The notes below the pieces were generated by a model. It was not told the origin of the DNA. It worked only from the letters and a program-made list of their open reading frames with translations, and made no database searches. Of a stretch of 64,000 nt of DNA, positions 50,442 through 64,000 are shown piece after piece (the stretch's first letter is position 1; every line of letters begins with the position of its first letter). Source of the stretch: Podarcis erhardii (taxonomy: Eukaryota); NCBI GenBank assembly GCA_964252035.1, contig OZ176211.1, one strand, 5' to 3'. Both the position numbers and the translations under genes were made by a program.

Positions 50442-52754
50442 CTGTGCTGTTGTTTCTACCTTACAGAATGAAATATCAAGATTACTCAGCAGGATGTGAA
50501 ATATTCAAACAGCTTGGTATGTGATAAGTGGACAAATGACAGCTAAACAGTTGGCCATAGGAACTCTATGTCAAAAGCAGTGAAACCTTAATATTCAGCC
50601 TCTGCTGTCAGGTGCCACATCAAACCATCAGAACAGGGCCCTATTTATAGATGAGGCTGGAGTGAGAGCTTTAAAAAAAAAAAAAAATTCTAAAGGGACG
50701 TGGGATGGGGAAGACTGAGGGGCCCCTACTCGACGTCAATTTAAAGAGACAGGTGGCTTCAGGATGGTGGGAATATTGTGGCACCATTCCCCAAGGTATA
50801 AATTAAAACACCAAATCTACATTTAATAATGGTGAAGTAATAGACACAGTACTGTAGATACAGCCCTGCCAAGTTCCACTGTAATCAAAATGAACAAGCA
50901 CCTCGAGGGAATGTCTCAGCCTGGCTAATTATCCGTTAAAATTCCAAGCTTTCTCTCTCTCTCTCTTTTTAAATACACGCCTATGCAATGAGTCATTTGC
51001 ACATGAGGGCAGAGAACAAAGTTCATTTTCTATTGTTTTAAGAATAGTTTTAAGGCTGGTGTAGTGGATTGGCAGAAGGGTATCCATATGTTGCACAACA
51101 CTTTGTTTCCAGTTTGTATATGCATGCAAACAAATGGAGACCTCCTCAGAAAATATTCAAAAGGATATTTAACTTACTAGAGGATAAATTGGCATAGTAA
51201 TTGCCTTTTTACAGTTCTGACTCATTAATGAACAAGTCCAATAAGCATATTACCTTACATGACGTATTCATTCTGCTACCCCAGCTTTTGTTTTGCATCA
51301 GGGCCATTTCACACACAAATATTTCTTTTATTTTTTGAGTGTGTACTTCAGGTGTCACTACGTAAAATCCAGTAAACGACAGCGTGCTCTTCTCTGGACA
51401 ATGTGCCTAGTTTGTGCTTGTTAGGCCCTCATTACCTCCCTGCTCCCACAGAGCAAGCTAGCAAGCTGTTCGGCTGGTGAATACTGCTGCTACAGCCTCC
51501 ACACTTCAAGAATGTTTCTGTGATTCCCTAGACAATGATCCCGAACTTTTAAGATGGAAATAGCTTAATGGTTGAGGAGGGCATCCAGTAAAATGAACAG
51601 AAATGTATGGAAGTTGTGCTCTCTGTTTTTCATTTTGAATACATTCATGGTTCTTCAGGGTTACAGCCAGCCAGCCAGCCAGCCAGCCAGGCCCTCTTCT
51701 GGATATTTCGTTCCATCTGTTCCTTTCACCACACCACACCATTTCCATTCTTCTCCCAAATGTCAATCAGCGCCCTATAGCCAAATAGCATGCTCTGTCA
51801 TCACCAGCCTGTTTTGGGTACCTCCTTCCCTTAGTTTCCACCCCCTTAAAACATTTATTGTACTTCTGCAAACCTTGCTGTTTGTCCCAGCCTGCTTAAA
51901 CCCCACTTTTGTGTGTAGAGACTGATGCAGAAATCCACACACAAGAGGGTTTGTTATTGCATTATAAGATTGAACCCCTTCACCTGTACCCTGCAGAAGA
52001 AGCCATGACAACTGAGATTTTGTAAAACTGATGTATAGTAATGTGGGAGAGCAGCAGCATCCTCAGAATTATTTTAAGGATGCAATAAACTAACTAATAA
52101 ACTAATAAACTAAACATATTTTTTACTGTGTTTTGAAAGATGGCAAATGAAAAAGTGTTTGTGTGCTTGTGTGTGTTTTTTTTAAAAAAAAAACATTGTT
52201 TTTAAATCAGTCAAGACCAAGAACATCATTTTTGTATGTCTTTCTTTTTGCTCTCCTCATTGAGGGGAAATGAAATTATCAGGAAACTTTACAGACTTCT
52301 CTATTGACTCTATGAGTTATCTTGATTCTATGGATTATTCTCAAGCAGCTGTGGAGAACTCAAAAGTTTTTCCCTAAAACACTGGCACAGGGCAGGGGAG
52401 AAATACTGATACAAATTTTTGGGGTAGGCTTAAAACAGCGTGGGGGGGAACCCTCATCTCTCAAGTGAGTTTCAAGAGCCAGTCGGTCTGGAAGGTTGGA
52501 TTTGTTTGTAGGAAAAGTAAACACTGCCAAAATCAACAAGTTCCTTCCGTGGGGAGCTGTTCAGCAAATTGGTCTGCAAATTAAGACAGTTCAGTCAAGT
52601 CATACTAGATCTGAGGTGAACCCCTCAGGCTCCCCAGAAATAAATAAATAAATGACGGTAATAAATCTAGAAGAGGAATTAGACTTTGTGGACTTGAGAG
52701 GTGGAGTAAATTAAAATTGATCTCCTCTATAAATATCCGTGCCTAAACAGTGGC

Positions 52755-52822
<68 letters not shown>

Positions 52823-52823
52823 A
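52755..52823. repeat. (AAAG)n microsatellite
   Basis: Direct reading. Confidence 0.95.
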
Positions 52824-52838
52824 GTGTCCTCATGTTTA

Positions 52839-53074
52839 AAGGTAAAGGGACCCCTGACCATTAAGTCCAGTCGTGGCCGACTCTGGGGTTGCGGCGCTCA
52901 TCTCGCTTTATAGGCCAAGGGAGCCGGCCTGCAGCTTCCAGGTCATGTGGCCAGCATGACTAAGCCACTTCTGGCAAACCAGAGCAGCGCATGGAAACGC
53001 CGTTTACCTTCCTGCCAGAGCGGTACCTATTTATCTACTTGCACTTTGATGTGCTTTCGAACTGCTAGGTAAGC
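52839..53074 (-). mobile_element. Sauria SINE (Squam1), 5'-truncated
   Basis: Tail aaggtaaaggg; TSD cctcatgttta / cctcgtgttta. Confidence 0.9.
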
Positions 53075-53408
53075 CCTCGTGTTTACTGATGATTTATTCC
53101 ATTCTTGGTCAGATTATACTGGCTAGACTGGCACTGAAGGATGATTTAATGACAATTAGAGCTGGGCAACATGACATCAGGTATTGCCACCAACCACAAA
53201 CTGTGCACTGGCTAAAGTTAATTTAACACCAGCAGAAGACATTCTTAAAGGTTGGAGACAAAGATACACAAAGCTGTGGAGTATTAGGGTAGTTTAATAA
53301 ATTTGGAGGTAAGTTAAAAAGATGAGGAAAGAAAATGTGGGTAAGGATGAAAATTCCATATATTAGTGATGTTTTCCTACCCAGTGTAAGATTTTTCATT
53401 TTGAGGTA

Positions 53409-53650
53409 CAGTGGAACCTCAGGTTAAGAACTTAATTTGTTCTGGAGGTCCGTTCTTAACCTGACACTGTTCTTAACCTGAGGTACCACTTTAGCTAATG
53501 GGGCCTCCCACTGCCGCTGCGCCGCCACCGCACGATTTCTGTTCTCATCCTGAAGCAAAGTTCTTAACCCGAGGTACTATTTCTGGGTTAGCAGAGTCTG
53601 TAACCTGAAGCATCTGTAACCTGAAGCATCTGTAACCCGAAGTACCACTG
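53409..53650 (-). mobile_element. Tc1/pogo-type MITE (cagtggtacctc family), reverse orientation
   Basis: Ends cagtggaacctc / gaagtaccactg; TA TSD. Confidence 0.92.
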
Positions 53651-54702
53651 TATCCAGTTTTTCAGAAATCTCTACAGCAGCAATTCCTGCCCTAGTGAAA
53701 GTCCCACTGGAATCTTTTGTAAGATTGCGATACTCCTTCCATCATGGAGCAAAACAAGAGCCCATGCAGGAGAAGAGAGGAACATTGTAGCAGAAGCTGC
53801 CTCCAAAAGCGGGAGGGAAAGAGAGATTATTTAAATCAGTGATACAAGTTAACAGTAAAATAGAAACATCATTAAGAAACAATTACGAGGCATCTTAAAA
53901 TGATCAACATTAAAACATTAAACAGATTTACAACAGATGCAATCAAATCACATGTCTCAATAGGCCCACTGAAAAAGAAAAGTTTTCAGCAAGTGTCTTG
54001 AACTGTATAATGAAGGAAATGATTCCATTCTTTGGAAATTCCAAACAATGGGGCTGTTTCTTAGCTGGCAAGACAGGGATAGGGAGCCTGTGGTTGGACT
54101 GCAACCCCCATCATTCCTGGCTGGGCCTGATGAGAGTCAGAGTCAATTTTTAACCTTGTTGTATGATAACCACCCACTGCACAGTAACAAACCTTGGTTT
54201 GCCACTGCATACAGTACACTCAGCCAATCTGCATTTCCTTGTTCCAGTAAGATGTGCAGTTTTCAGACACTTGCTTTTGAATACCAACACAAAGTTTACA
54301 TTGTTGGGAGACAGGTGTACATGTTAAATAATGGAACATTGGAAATTGTAGATTAAAGTACATGAGGATGGCCAATTATTTTAAAGTACTTTGACGGATA
54401 TGGTTTAAGTTATTAAAATCATGGGAACAGATAGCGAGGACTGTAGTCCACAGAAGGGTATGTCATCATACATTTGTTAGGATGCAATCCAAACTCAAGA
54501 TCCACCAGGATGAGCAAGTTAGGATCCAGCAAATCTCTGGTTCAACTGGCTGATTCCTGGCACAGCATAACTCCCTCCTCCCAGCTCAGTTGGAATAAGA
54601 CCTGAAAAACGGGTGTTTGATGTGAATGGCAGGGGGGAAGATTTACACTGGATCCTACCTCTGTTCATCTTGGTCACATGACCCAACAACCTTGAGAGAC
54701 TT

Positions 54703-55200
54703 GTTTAGTTGTTGTTGTTTAGTCGTTTAGTCATGTCCGACTCTTCGTGACCCCATGGACCAGAGCACGCCAGGCGCTCCTGTCTTCCACTGCCTCCTGC
54801 AGTTTGATCAAACTCATGCTGGTAGCTTCGAGAACACTATCCAACCATCTCATCCTCTGTCGTCCCCTTCTCCTTGTGTCCTCAATCTTTCCCAACATCA
54901 GTGTTTTTTCCAGGGAGTCTTCTCTTCTCATGAGGTGGCTAAAATATTGGAGCCTCAGCTTCAGGATCTGTCCTTCCAGTGAGCACTCAGGGCTGATTTC
55001 CTTCAGAATGGATAGGTTTGATCTTCTTGCACTCCATGGGACTCTCAAGAGTCTCCTCCAGCACCATGATTCAAAAGCATCAATTCTTCAGTGATCAGCC
55101 TTCTTTATGGTCCAGCTCTCACTTCCATACACCACTACTGGGAAAACCATAGCTTTAACTATAGCTTTAACCATAGCTTTAACTATACGGACCTTTGCTG
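54703..55200 (-). mobile_element. RTE-BovB LINE 3' fragment
   Basis: RVPWSARRSNLSILKEISPECSLEGQILKLRLQYFSHL...VHGVTKSRT; 14-bp TSD accttgagagactt (54689-54702 / 55201-55214). Confidence 0.96.
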
Positions 55201-57189
55201 ACCTTGAGAGACTTAATCCAACCCAAAGGGCAGCATAAGTCAAATTCTGATTTAAAGGCTTGCTTTCCTTCTGGCAGGCTTAAGTCAGCTCAGCCGGTGG
55301 TAGCCCCAGTCTTGGACAGCCTTTAGAATAGGGGTAATTTATGCTAGTTTGTGGCTTCCTATACTTAGGATTGTTCTTCTTGTCTTTAAGATTCAAGAAG
55401 ATTCTTTGCTGATTTCGCTGCAACAGAAACATGGCTACCCCTCTGGAAATTGTCAATATTTATGGTTTCTAACAAGGTGGATTCTGATAGCATCTAGCAA
55501 ATATTACTAAGGGCTAACACAGATGGCTGCTTTGGAAGTTTATTTTCCATTCGTGATGACCTTCTCTTGTCAGCCCAGATTGATTGCACTGAGGTCACCC
55601 AACTTCTCGGAAAACAGTTTGAATCTTTGGCAGTATTGTGTACCTGGGGCTATGGTACAGCACTACACTAAATAACTGAATATTAACACCAGGGGAGGGA
55701 GAGGTAATCATTGTTGTGTTTGCTGCTGTTTGGGGGTGTTTTTTTAAAAAAGCTACATGAAGGCTTCTTCATTGGAATTGTTGAGAAGGGGAGAACTTAG
55801 CCCTTAAAAGGCATGCCTCATCACTAATAAGTTCCATATTGCAGAACCATATTAAAGCAGTGGGAATAATAATAAAAAATTCCTGCCTGTTTAAGATCAT
55901 TCATTCCTTTTGTTGTATCTTCTTCAGATCTACTATATATGAATATTTGTGTTAATTCAAACACCTCCTCAAACCCCAAGTTTACATTTACCAGAAAATA
56001 TTCATGCTGGGTTATTTTCTTTCATTTAGAACCATTTGTCTATTTCCCCCCACTTTTAATGATCAGGCTCTGTGCTGTTAATACTGTTCCTTCCCATGAA
56101 CCCATATGTAGGCTCCAATATCTTCATAATAGGCTGCAGGCTTAAGTACAATTCCTCATGGAAGGATGTCCCTCTGAGGCCAATTAGGCCTTCTTATGAG
56201 TAAGCACACTTAGGACAGCAGCCAAGAATTTATTTCCAGATCAGGAATTCCAAACCTATGGAATCTGCCAATTTTTCATTGGTCTGTAAATCACCAATTG
56301 TGTTGTAAAAGAGTATCAGTGTTTCTGATGCACTATACACTTATGTGTGCTCAAGTCAGAATGGTTTTTAATGGGGATATAAGTGTACATAATTGTGTTC
56401 AGTAAGAATAACACCAGCTCACATTTTCAGAATCCATGACATGTAATAAAACCAAACATCTTATTGTCAAGAATGTTTGAGCAGCCAAAGAAGTATTACA
56501 ACTTCAGCCCCCATTTACTCCGGATGACAGGATGGAGCTATTTTCCATGGCATTCAGTTTATTGTCTTTCATAATATGGAGCATTACTAGACAAATAAAG
56601 CATGAATATGGAATATTACATGATTGCATATAATGAGGGCAATTTTTCCCTGTAGGAAATATGGTCTTGGCTTTCTTCCCTGCGCTTGGTAATATTTTAC
56701 TTGTTCTACTCCTGCCCAGTTTTTTTGCTGTATATGGTACTGAAAATATATAGATGACTGACAACTTATTAAATCAAGGATGATTTTGGTGGGTACAAGG
56801 GCTTCTACAAAACCTGAAGGGGTAGCATTAGCTTATCTCAAGGGCTTTAACTTTGGCAAGCTACAGTAACTCACCCTAACACAATTTTACAATGCGTCTC
56901 TATTATTTTCATCTGCCCATTTCAAACATTTAGCACAGAGGTAGCTCAAGATGTTCTTGGATCCCAACCAGCATGGCCAATGATTAGGGATGGTGGTAGT
57001 TGAATCCAACAACAACTGGAGGGAACCCCAGTGGCTACTCCTGCTTCAGCACACTTACTTGGAAGTAATTCCTGTTAAATTTACAGCTGAGTAAGCATGC
57101 ATAAGACTGAACACTATTTACTCACCAGTATGCAGCTCCTGACTAGCAGAGCTGCCTGTTAAGGCTTGCTTTAAATATATAGTGTCAAT

Positions 57190-57321
57190 CAGGGATGGGG
57201 AGCGTGTGGCCCTCCAGATGTCGTTGGACTTCAGCTCCCATCAGCACCAGCCAGAACAACCAGTGATCAGGGTCAATGAGAGATGTAGTCCAACAACATC
57301 TGGAAGGTCGCAGGTTCCCTG
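57190..57321. mobile_element. Palindromic hAT-type MITE, degenerate
   Basis: cagggatgggga...ctccagatgtcgttggact...agtccaacaacatctggaagg...caggttccctg; same family as 9125 and 19177. Confidence 0.6.
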
Positions 57322-58277
57322 ATTTAGACAATTCTGACAAGCTGAATGGCAATCTTGCACCTACATTAGTTAATCTAAAAGCAGGGGTCCAAGACACATT
57401 AAATTAACACAGCTGAGATTAAAGAACTGTAGGTACTTTTTGTGCAGAATTTCAAGCTATCTGAGTTTTGATTAACTTCTACCCAGTGTTGAGTTTCTAT
57501 GTTTATTGTTTGTATTGCTTTTTGTTTGTGAAAAGTCAGTTTTACATTGTCTGCTGATGTGTGTATCCATTGATTGATTGATTGATTGATTGATTGACTG
57601 ACTGACTGATTGAATATACCGCCCTATACCCACAGGTCTCAGGGCAGTTCAGAGATTATTTTGGTGTGAGAGGTGAATTAATATTTCAAAGTCTGGGATT
57701 CTCATTGTCACAGCTGTTCTTCTGCAACATCTCGCCACACAAATTAGCCAATTTCCTAAGAAAATAGTCCCAGGTCAATATAAGCGGGAGTTCAGGCAAG
57801 GTACATCACAGCAAGAAGAGCGAACTGGAATCATGAGCAAGGATAGAAAGAGCAGAGATGTATGGAGTGGCTAGTTCATCAGAGGTGAATGTAGGGCAAC
57901 GTGACCAGTTCCCCCTCACTGGGCACCGAGCCAAGGGGCCACACAGGGCTACACAACTATGACATGGTGCCCACAGAGAACATAAGGTAAGAGGCAGGGG
58001 GGTCACTGGATTTTGGGCTCACACAGGGCACCACTGAAATGTAAAAGACCAAAGTCCACCCCTGGGCTCATCCTCCAAGGATGCAAAACCTGGCTCCAGG
58101 TCAGGGCTAAGCATGGCACGTAATCCAGATGCAGAGGGTTTTAACAGGGGCATAGAGGAGGGTATTTCCGCCATCCATCCTGGTGGCATCTGGCCACCCT
58201 AACTCCCACATAATTGGGAAGGAATAGCTGGGCCACTGAGACACAGTGCATTTCTTCTAGACAGGCTTGAAGCCTAG

Positions 58278-58308
<31 letters not shown>

Positions 58309-60351
58309 AAGGCCCTGTCATGAGGTGAATTAGGGGAAATTGTGGGCACCGAACTGCACAGGTTTCAAATTATAAATGGCTTTGAAAGATACTCAGCACC
58401 AAATTTTGAGAAAAATATTTCCTGGTAGATTTCAGCCACAAAGAAGAGTTCCAAAACCATAAGTAAATATCAGCGAGGAAGTCTGACCCAAGAAAGCAAA
58501 GCTGTCTGTGAGGAAGCAGAGGGCAAATAAACAAGTTTCTTCCTGTTGCCCAGAAATACCTGAGGTGGTTTTCAGAAGGGAGGAAATCAGCACTCAGAGG
58601 TCAGTTATTCATCCTTCAGAATCAAGAAGCTCATTGACCTGGTTAAGCAAATACCTACAGATGGATAACCTCCGCTGGAATTTCAAAAAAGCAGGTGATC
58701 ATAATGCAGAGCTTGTCTTCTCCGCTCTGATAAATGCAGCTTTTAATCATTTACCTTATTCTGCTTTTCCAAACTGGAGGAAGGAAAAGGAGGAAGATTG
58801 TCTGCCAGGTAAAATCTTAATGTCCCTCTTGAGAAACAGCTAAATGCTAAACCATTCTGGGGTATAATTGAGTTCTGTCATCTGTCTTCAATATGATCAT
58901 TTTTCTCTCTTAATCTTCTATTTTTTATAATAAAAAAAGAACTTGGGAGTGGAAAGATGGAATTATGCCTTCAGCCAGACTTACTTTCAAGCCTCAGAAT
59001 TTCCCTTGTGGTTATCGTTGAGGCAGACTTTATATCGGTGGCATTGGACACACTGGAAGTGTTGCTGCATATAAATAACAGGCTTTTAGCAACAAGTAGT
59101 GCCATTTAAAGGGGGGGGGAATCACTTCTGTTTAAAACCTTCTTCAGATTAGAAATTGTACTGTAGAATTAATTGTTCACTCTGAAGCCAGAAGGGACAG
59201 GGACACTTATAGAACAGGGATGGGGAATGTCAGCTTTGAGGGTCAAATGTAGCCCCCCCACCCCGTCTTTTTCCATGTGTTCTTTGGCAAAATTATTAAA
59301 ATCTGCACACTCCAGCCAAAAACAAAATTCCCATAGATGGATTTTTACCTACTTTGCAAACATGTCCCCTATACAGTAGCTGTAATTTTATCTGTCGTAA
59401 TAATGTCACTGAAGAAAATAAACCAACCTCTAATTACAAATATTATTTACCTTGCAATTAATCTGGTGCCAGTAGCTCAGTTTTTTAAAAAGATAATTCT
59501 CTTCTCATCTTTCGAAAAGAAAAATTCTCAGGGTAGCACATCCCAACAGGACATAGAAAGGAAGCCACTTATTTTTCAATTGTCAAAATGGCACATGAGC
59601 AACAACAGTAGGCTGTAAATATTCTACCGAGCTAAAACTTCAGGGTCACTGCTAGAAATGAGAGGGCACTTTCTTTCTCAAGCTTATTAACAAGGAATCC
59701 ATTCAGAGAAGCTTGACAAGACCTAAGTGAGGACATGTTGGGAGTATGTGGATAGTACTATTACAGAGTTTAGTCACTAGGTGGCCCTGCACTTAGTTGT
59801 AGCTGGGTGGAGTCCAGCATTTCCTGTTGCTGTTCTGCCTTAAGAGATTTAAGATAGTTCTTGTCTAGCTCCCTGGGTGATATGTATTCTAATATGTGAT
59901 ATGTGATAGGAAGCAGGTGCAACTGCCTTTGTCTCCCATGCTTTATACAAGTTAGCAAGGCTACATTCCTATGCACAGCTACATGGGACTAAGCAGTTTT
60001 AAACACAGTGGGATTTCCTTCTGAATAAACATGCATGGTCTACACTTTAAAAAAACAACAGTGCCCTCTTGCCTAGCTCATGCATATAGCCAGCCAGAAG
60101 GGCCTCCATTGGTTTGCTTTTGAAAAATGGGGTTTGCAATGGAATGGTTGAGATCACAGCAGTTTTGTGTGTTGACCTGCCTTACACAGTGGACACGCTG
60201 CCATGGCTGCAAAGGGTTACATGTACGAATTGTACTTTTATTTCCAGTAATGTACAACATGCCTTTCTTTCCTATTTCTACTGGTTTTTCTTCTCAACAG
60301 CAAACATCAGATTATCTGGACTTTTGATACAAATTAAGGAACAATAATTTT

Positions 60352-60670
60352 ATACCTGAAGGAGCGTCTCCACCCCCATCGTTCTGCCCGGACACTGAGG
60401 TCCAGCGCCGAGGGCCTTCTGGAGGTTCCCTCATTGCGAGAAGCCTAGTTACAGGGAACCAGGCAGAGGGCCTTCTCAGTAGTGGCACCCTCCATGTGGA
60501 ACGCCCTCCCTTCAGATGTCAAGGAAATAAACTATCTGACTTTTAGAAGACATCTGAAGGGAAGTTTTTAATGTTCAATGTTTTATCGTGCTTTTTAGAT
60601 TCTGTTGGGAACTACCCAAAGTGGCTGGGGAAACACAGGCAGATGGGTGGGGTATAAATAATAAATTTAT
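60352..60670 (+). mobile_element. L2-clade LINE 3' end
   Basis: tacctgaaggagcgtctccacccccatcg...ggaaccaggcagagggccttctc; same family as 32320 and 36596. Confidence 0.85.
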
Positions 60671-63600
60671 TATTATTATTAATTAATTAATTAATTAATT
60701 ATTGTACCTTGAGTTTAAGAAGTAATGGAGAGAATCAACCTGAATGCAGGTTTAACATTTGAACCTCTAGTTCAGGTAGACATCATAAGAAACAGGGACC
60801 AAAGGGGAAGAGTTTGGAATGTTTCTGCCTGTGGAGTTGCATCAGTCTTTTTCCTCCCTTTCCAGGCCAAACCACTACTTAATTAAGCCCTTGGGTCCAG
60901 TCTAGGAAACTGTCTCCTCCTACCTCCCACCACCACTCCTCACTCACTCACTCACTCACTCACTCACTGAGAACTGCGGTGAAAGGTCCTGTAAATTACT
61001 TGAGGCAAGTCTGGTTTTTCCATTCTAATGCAAATTCTATGAGACAACTGATTCCTCCGCAAAATTCCATATTCTTAAGGAATTTCATATCATCTGAAAT
61101 CCAGCCCATGTAAACCTCAATCTGCTTTTCTGATGCATCCCATAAATCATCGAGGGCCATCTCAAACAAAAGACAGAGGATGTTACTTTGCAACACAAAA
61201 TTTCTCCCCACGGGTTTGTAAAAATTTCATGCATAATCTTTTTCTCCCTCCCTCTTTCCAAATATAAGGAATGAATTCACTACAACCAAGAGGAGCAGTA
61301 AATTGGGATTTATTGTCACTTTTATCATTCCTGGCAGTCCGTCTAGCAGACAGTCCAGTCCTTGAACTGTGTATGCCTTTCCCGGAGCTCACATATTCCA
61401 ACTTCAAATTCAGGAACAAAAATTTACAGTCTCTTGTCAGGCTGGTGTGAAAGGGAAATGTCACCTCCCTTGGCTCTTGGGACAGTACAGCATACATATG
61501 GAAGTGGAATAACTTCTCTTTCCAGCAGCAAAAATGATTCCTTACCTTGATGTTTTAGATCAGTCCAATTGCCTGAGTATTGCAAACCACAATGCAAAGT
61601 CATTGTCCTTTTAAGTTTATTTATTTTTTTGGCAAGTGTACTTCAGTTCCTTTCATATACACCTGCAGCAATATGGGATTCACTTCCTAGTGGTCCATTC
61701 AAACAGAACTGGGGAAGATGTGTGAACGCCACAGCCACATGGGTGTGTTCAGTCATGCCTGTGTTTCCTGCCCAGCTGGCTCTTCTCAACCAGAAGAGAG
61801 AGCAAAAATCAGGATAGGAAACTGGTCATGCCCATATGAGTGATGTAGTGATAGATACTACATGGTGCAGTCATTCATATCACTGTGAACTAGTTCCCTA
61901 AGTACCAAACTCTTTATAGGTGGATGTGTGGTAACCTTGAGAAGTATGTATTGGGAATCTGAGTTGAAATATCCAGGCAACAGAAGTTGCCCCTAGTTCC
62001 AGTCACCACAGTTTCAGCTTCAGGTCCAAAATCAGTTACTGCTGTAGAAGATTAGGCTTCTCTAATACAGTTCTGGATGTTGATATCTACATACGGCTTG
62101 TAGGCTTTGCAGATACAGCTATAAACAAGCACAATGCATCTCTTGCTCCAGCTTCAAGATGTAACACAGACTCTGACTCACGGACAGACTGAGTGACTAA
62201 TGAGCTGACATGCTTTAATCACTTATATAGACGGCACTGGGCTGCTGCCATAGCAACTGACTTGGCTGACCATGCACCTGTTGGCTTATTTCAACCATGG
62301 GGTGATTTATGCTCATGAAGGAAATTAACCCTTTCCTCCATGTCCAGTTTCTCCAACAGTATGCAGAATCCAAGAAGGAAGCATTTGTTCCAGAAACATT
62401 TTCAGTTGGTAGGGTTCCACGACTGACAGTTAACTTTTTTTTTTAAGAAGAAGCAACTATATCTCATAAACTCAGAGAAGACAACATCATGATGCAAATG
62501 CTTTCAAATTGCAATAGATAGTTCTAAATTCCTTTTGCAGCTGGCTAAACATTGATTTTTTGGTGTCAAGTTTTGCATGGGTCTCGTCATGAGAGACAGA
62601 AAAGTCTCGGTCAGTATGTGCTAAAATAATCCAAGAGCATCCTTGCTGTCCTACCAAATAGATATTTTTGCCAAAGCTTGTCATAATACATCATAAATTA
62701 CTGATATGTTATCATCAGGAAACATTTGCAAAAGGAAGTGAATGCAAAATCTATCCATCATGCTTCCAGTCTAATTAACACCCGCCATTCCCTCCCACTG
62801 TTTGCTGGTAGTTGAACTATGCTCTAAGATAGCATGATTTTCAAGACATTGCAGTGCATACCAGCCACATCTTGGAGTTCAAAAATCTGAGTCACTAAGT
62901 GCCTTCTTCCAAGGCTCATTGAGAAGATGACCTCAGTTCTATATTAAGCACATTATCCAATCTCTCACAATAATGGAAAGGAATGGCACTTATCAGAGCC
63001 AGTTTAAGCACAATCAGTTTGATTTCCAGGCTGCAGTGTTGAGCCATCTATTGCTAAAGCGTTCATTCCAACCCGCGTGATCACCAACGGGATGCACTTA
63101 TGATGACTTTGTCAAGGTGACAATAACTCTGTGCTTCAGGGTATTATTGAGCACGGAGAGACCTGCAGCCATTAATGCAACCTGGATATAATGAATCATT
63201 CATTGTGGTTGGCAGTTAACAAGAAACAAACAGGCAATCGATTGATATGCCACAGCTCAGATTAATGCTGAGATGTTTGCTTGGAATTAAACAGGTGTTA
63301 GCCCTGACTCTGAATCAGAGCATCACTAATTACTGTTCCCACTCTTGCTAGGGTGATTTAGCCTCTTATTGATTTGTTGTTGTTGTTTTAATTCTCCTAT
63401 TTTCATTTCAGCGATACAGGCTATGCAAATCAAGACGGCTCCAAAGTGGGAAGGGAAACTACAGAGTTGTTAAAAATCGGAGACACTTGTATTTATAGTT
63501 CTTTCTGTACTTTTCAAGAGTGAACCCAGATACATTGTTTGGAAGAAGGTTAATGAATTTGGATCTTTTGTTTACTGCAGCAGCTGACAGATGGAGAGGA

Positions 63601-64000
63601 GACTATGCCTGAGGTTGAGAGAGGCCTGTGCAGTTACTTCACAGTGCATGCTGAGAACAGCGTCTTCTTGCCAGGTCAGACGAAGTGCAATTTATGAGAT
63701 CAATAAACACAAGTGTCAGAATAGCAGTATTTTGGAACAAGGGGGACCTGAAGCAAAATGGTGCAGAGTTGAGTGCTCCTGTTCAGGGTGTAGGCAGCCA
63801 GGATATTTTTCTAGGATGCCATTCCCATCCACTTCCAGGATATTTCAGAGCAGACTAACATCAATCCCTCTTCCCGGGGAATTCTGGGAATTGTAGCTCT
63901 GTAAGGGGAATAGGGGTCTCCTAACAACTCTCAGCACACTTAACAAACTACAGTGCCCATGATTCTTTGAGGGAATACGTATTTGGGGGGGGGGGTATGA

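Noticed and set aside
1-64000. CRISPR array, prokaryotic operon/defence system, or known miRNA hairpin
   Set aside because: The sequence is eukaryotic with no regularly spaced repeats. No mature miRNA I know was spotted by eye; a miRBase/Rfam scan would be needed to exclude one.

Overview
Vertebrate genomic DNA, AT-rich and mostly intronic or intergenic. The repeats (Sauria/Squam1, Squam2 and Squam3 SINEs, RTE-BovB, CR1, L2, L1, Penelope, hAT and Tc1/pogo-type MITEs) point to a squamate, probably a lacertid lizard; this is inference from repeat families. I recognise no complete or nameable protein-coding gene, rRNA, true tRNA or CRISPR array. The ORF-track hits I could recognise are LINE 3' fragments (BovB, CR1, L2); the rest appear to be chance frames. 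A few unnamed candidate exons lie on the minus strand (12468-12347, 685-514, possible 5' exons near 39.8-40.6 kb). The best-supported unusual observation is a chimeric MITE at 25.3-25.6 kb. It carries 110 nt of flank plus the 5' half of another MITE copy 18 kb away (226/228 identity), joined through a 4-nt microhomology, consistent with ectopic templated repair. The second is a degenerate minimal hammerhead ribozyme between inverted Penelope repeats at 31.3-31.4 kb. All counts were made by eye, without tools.
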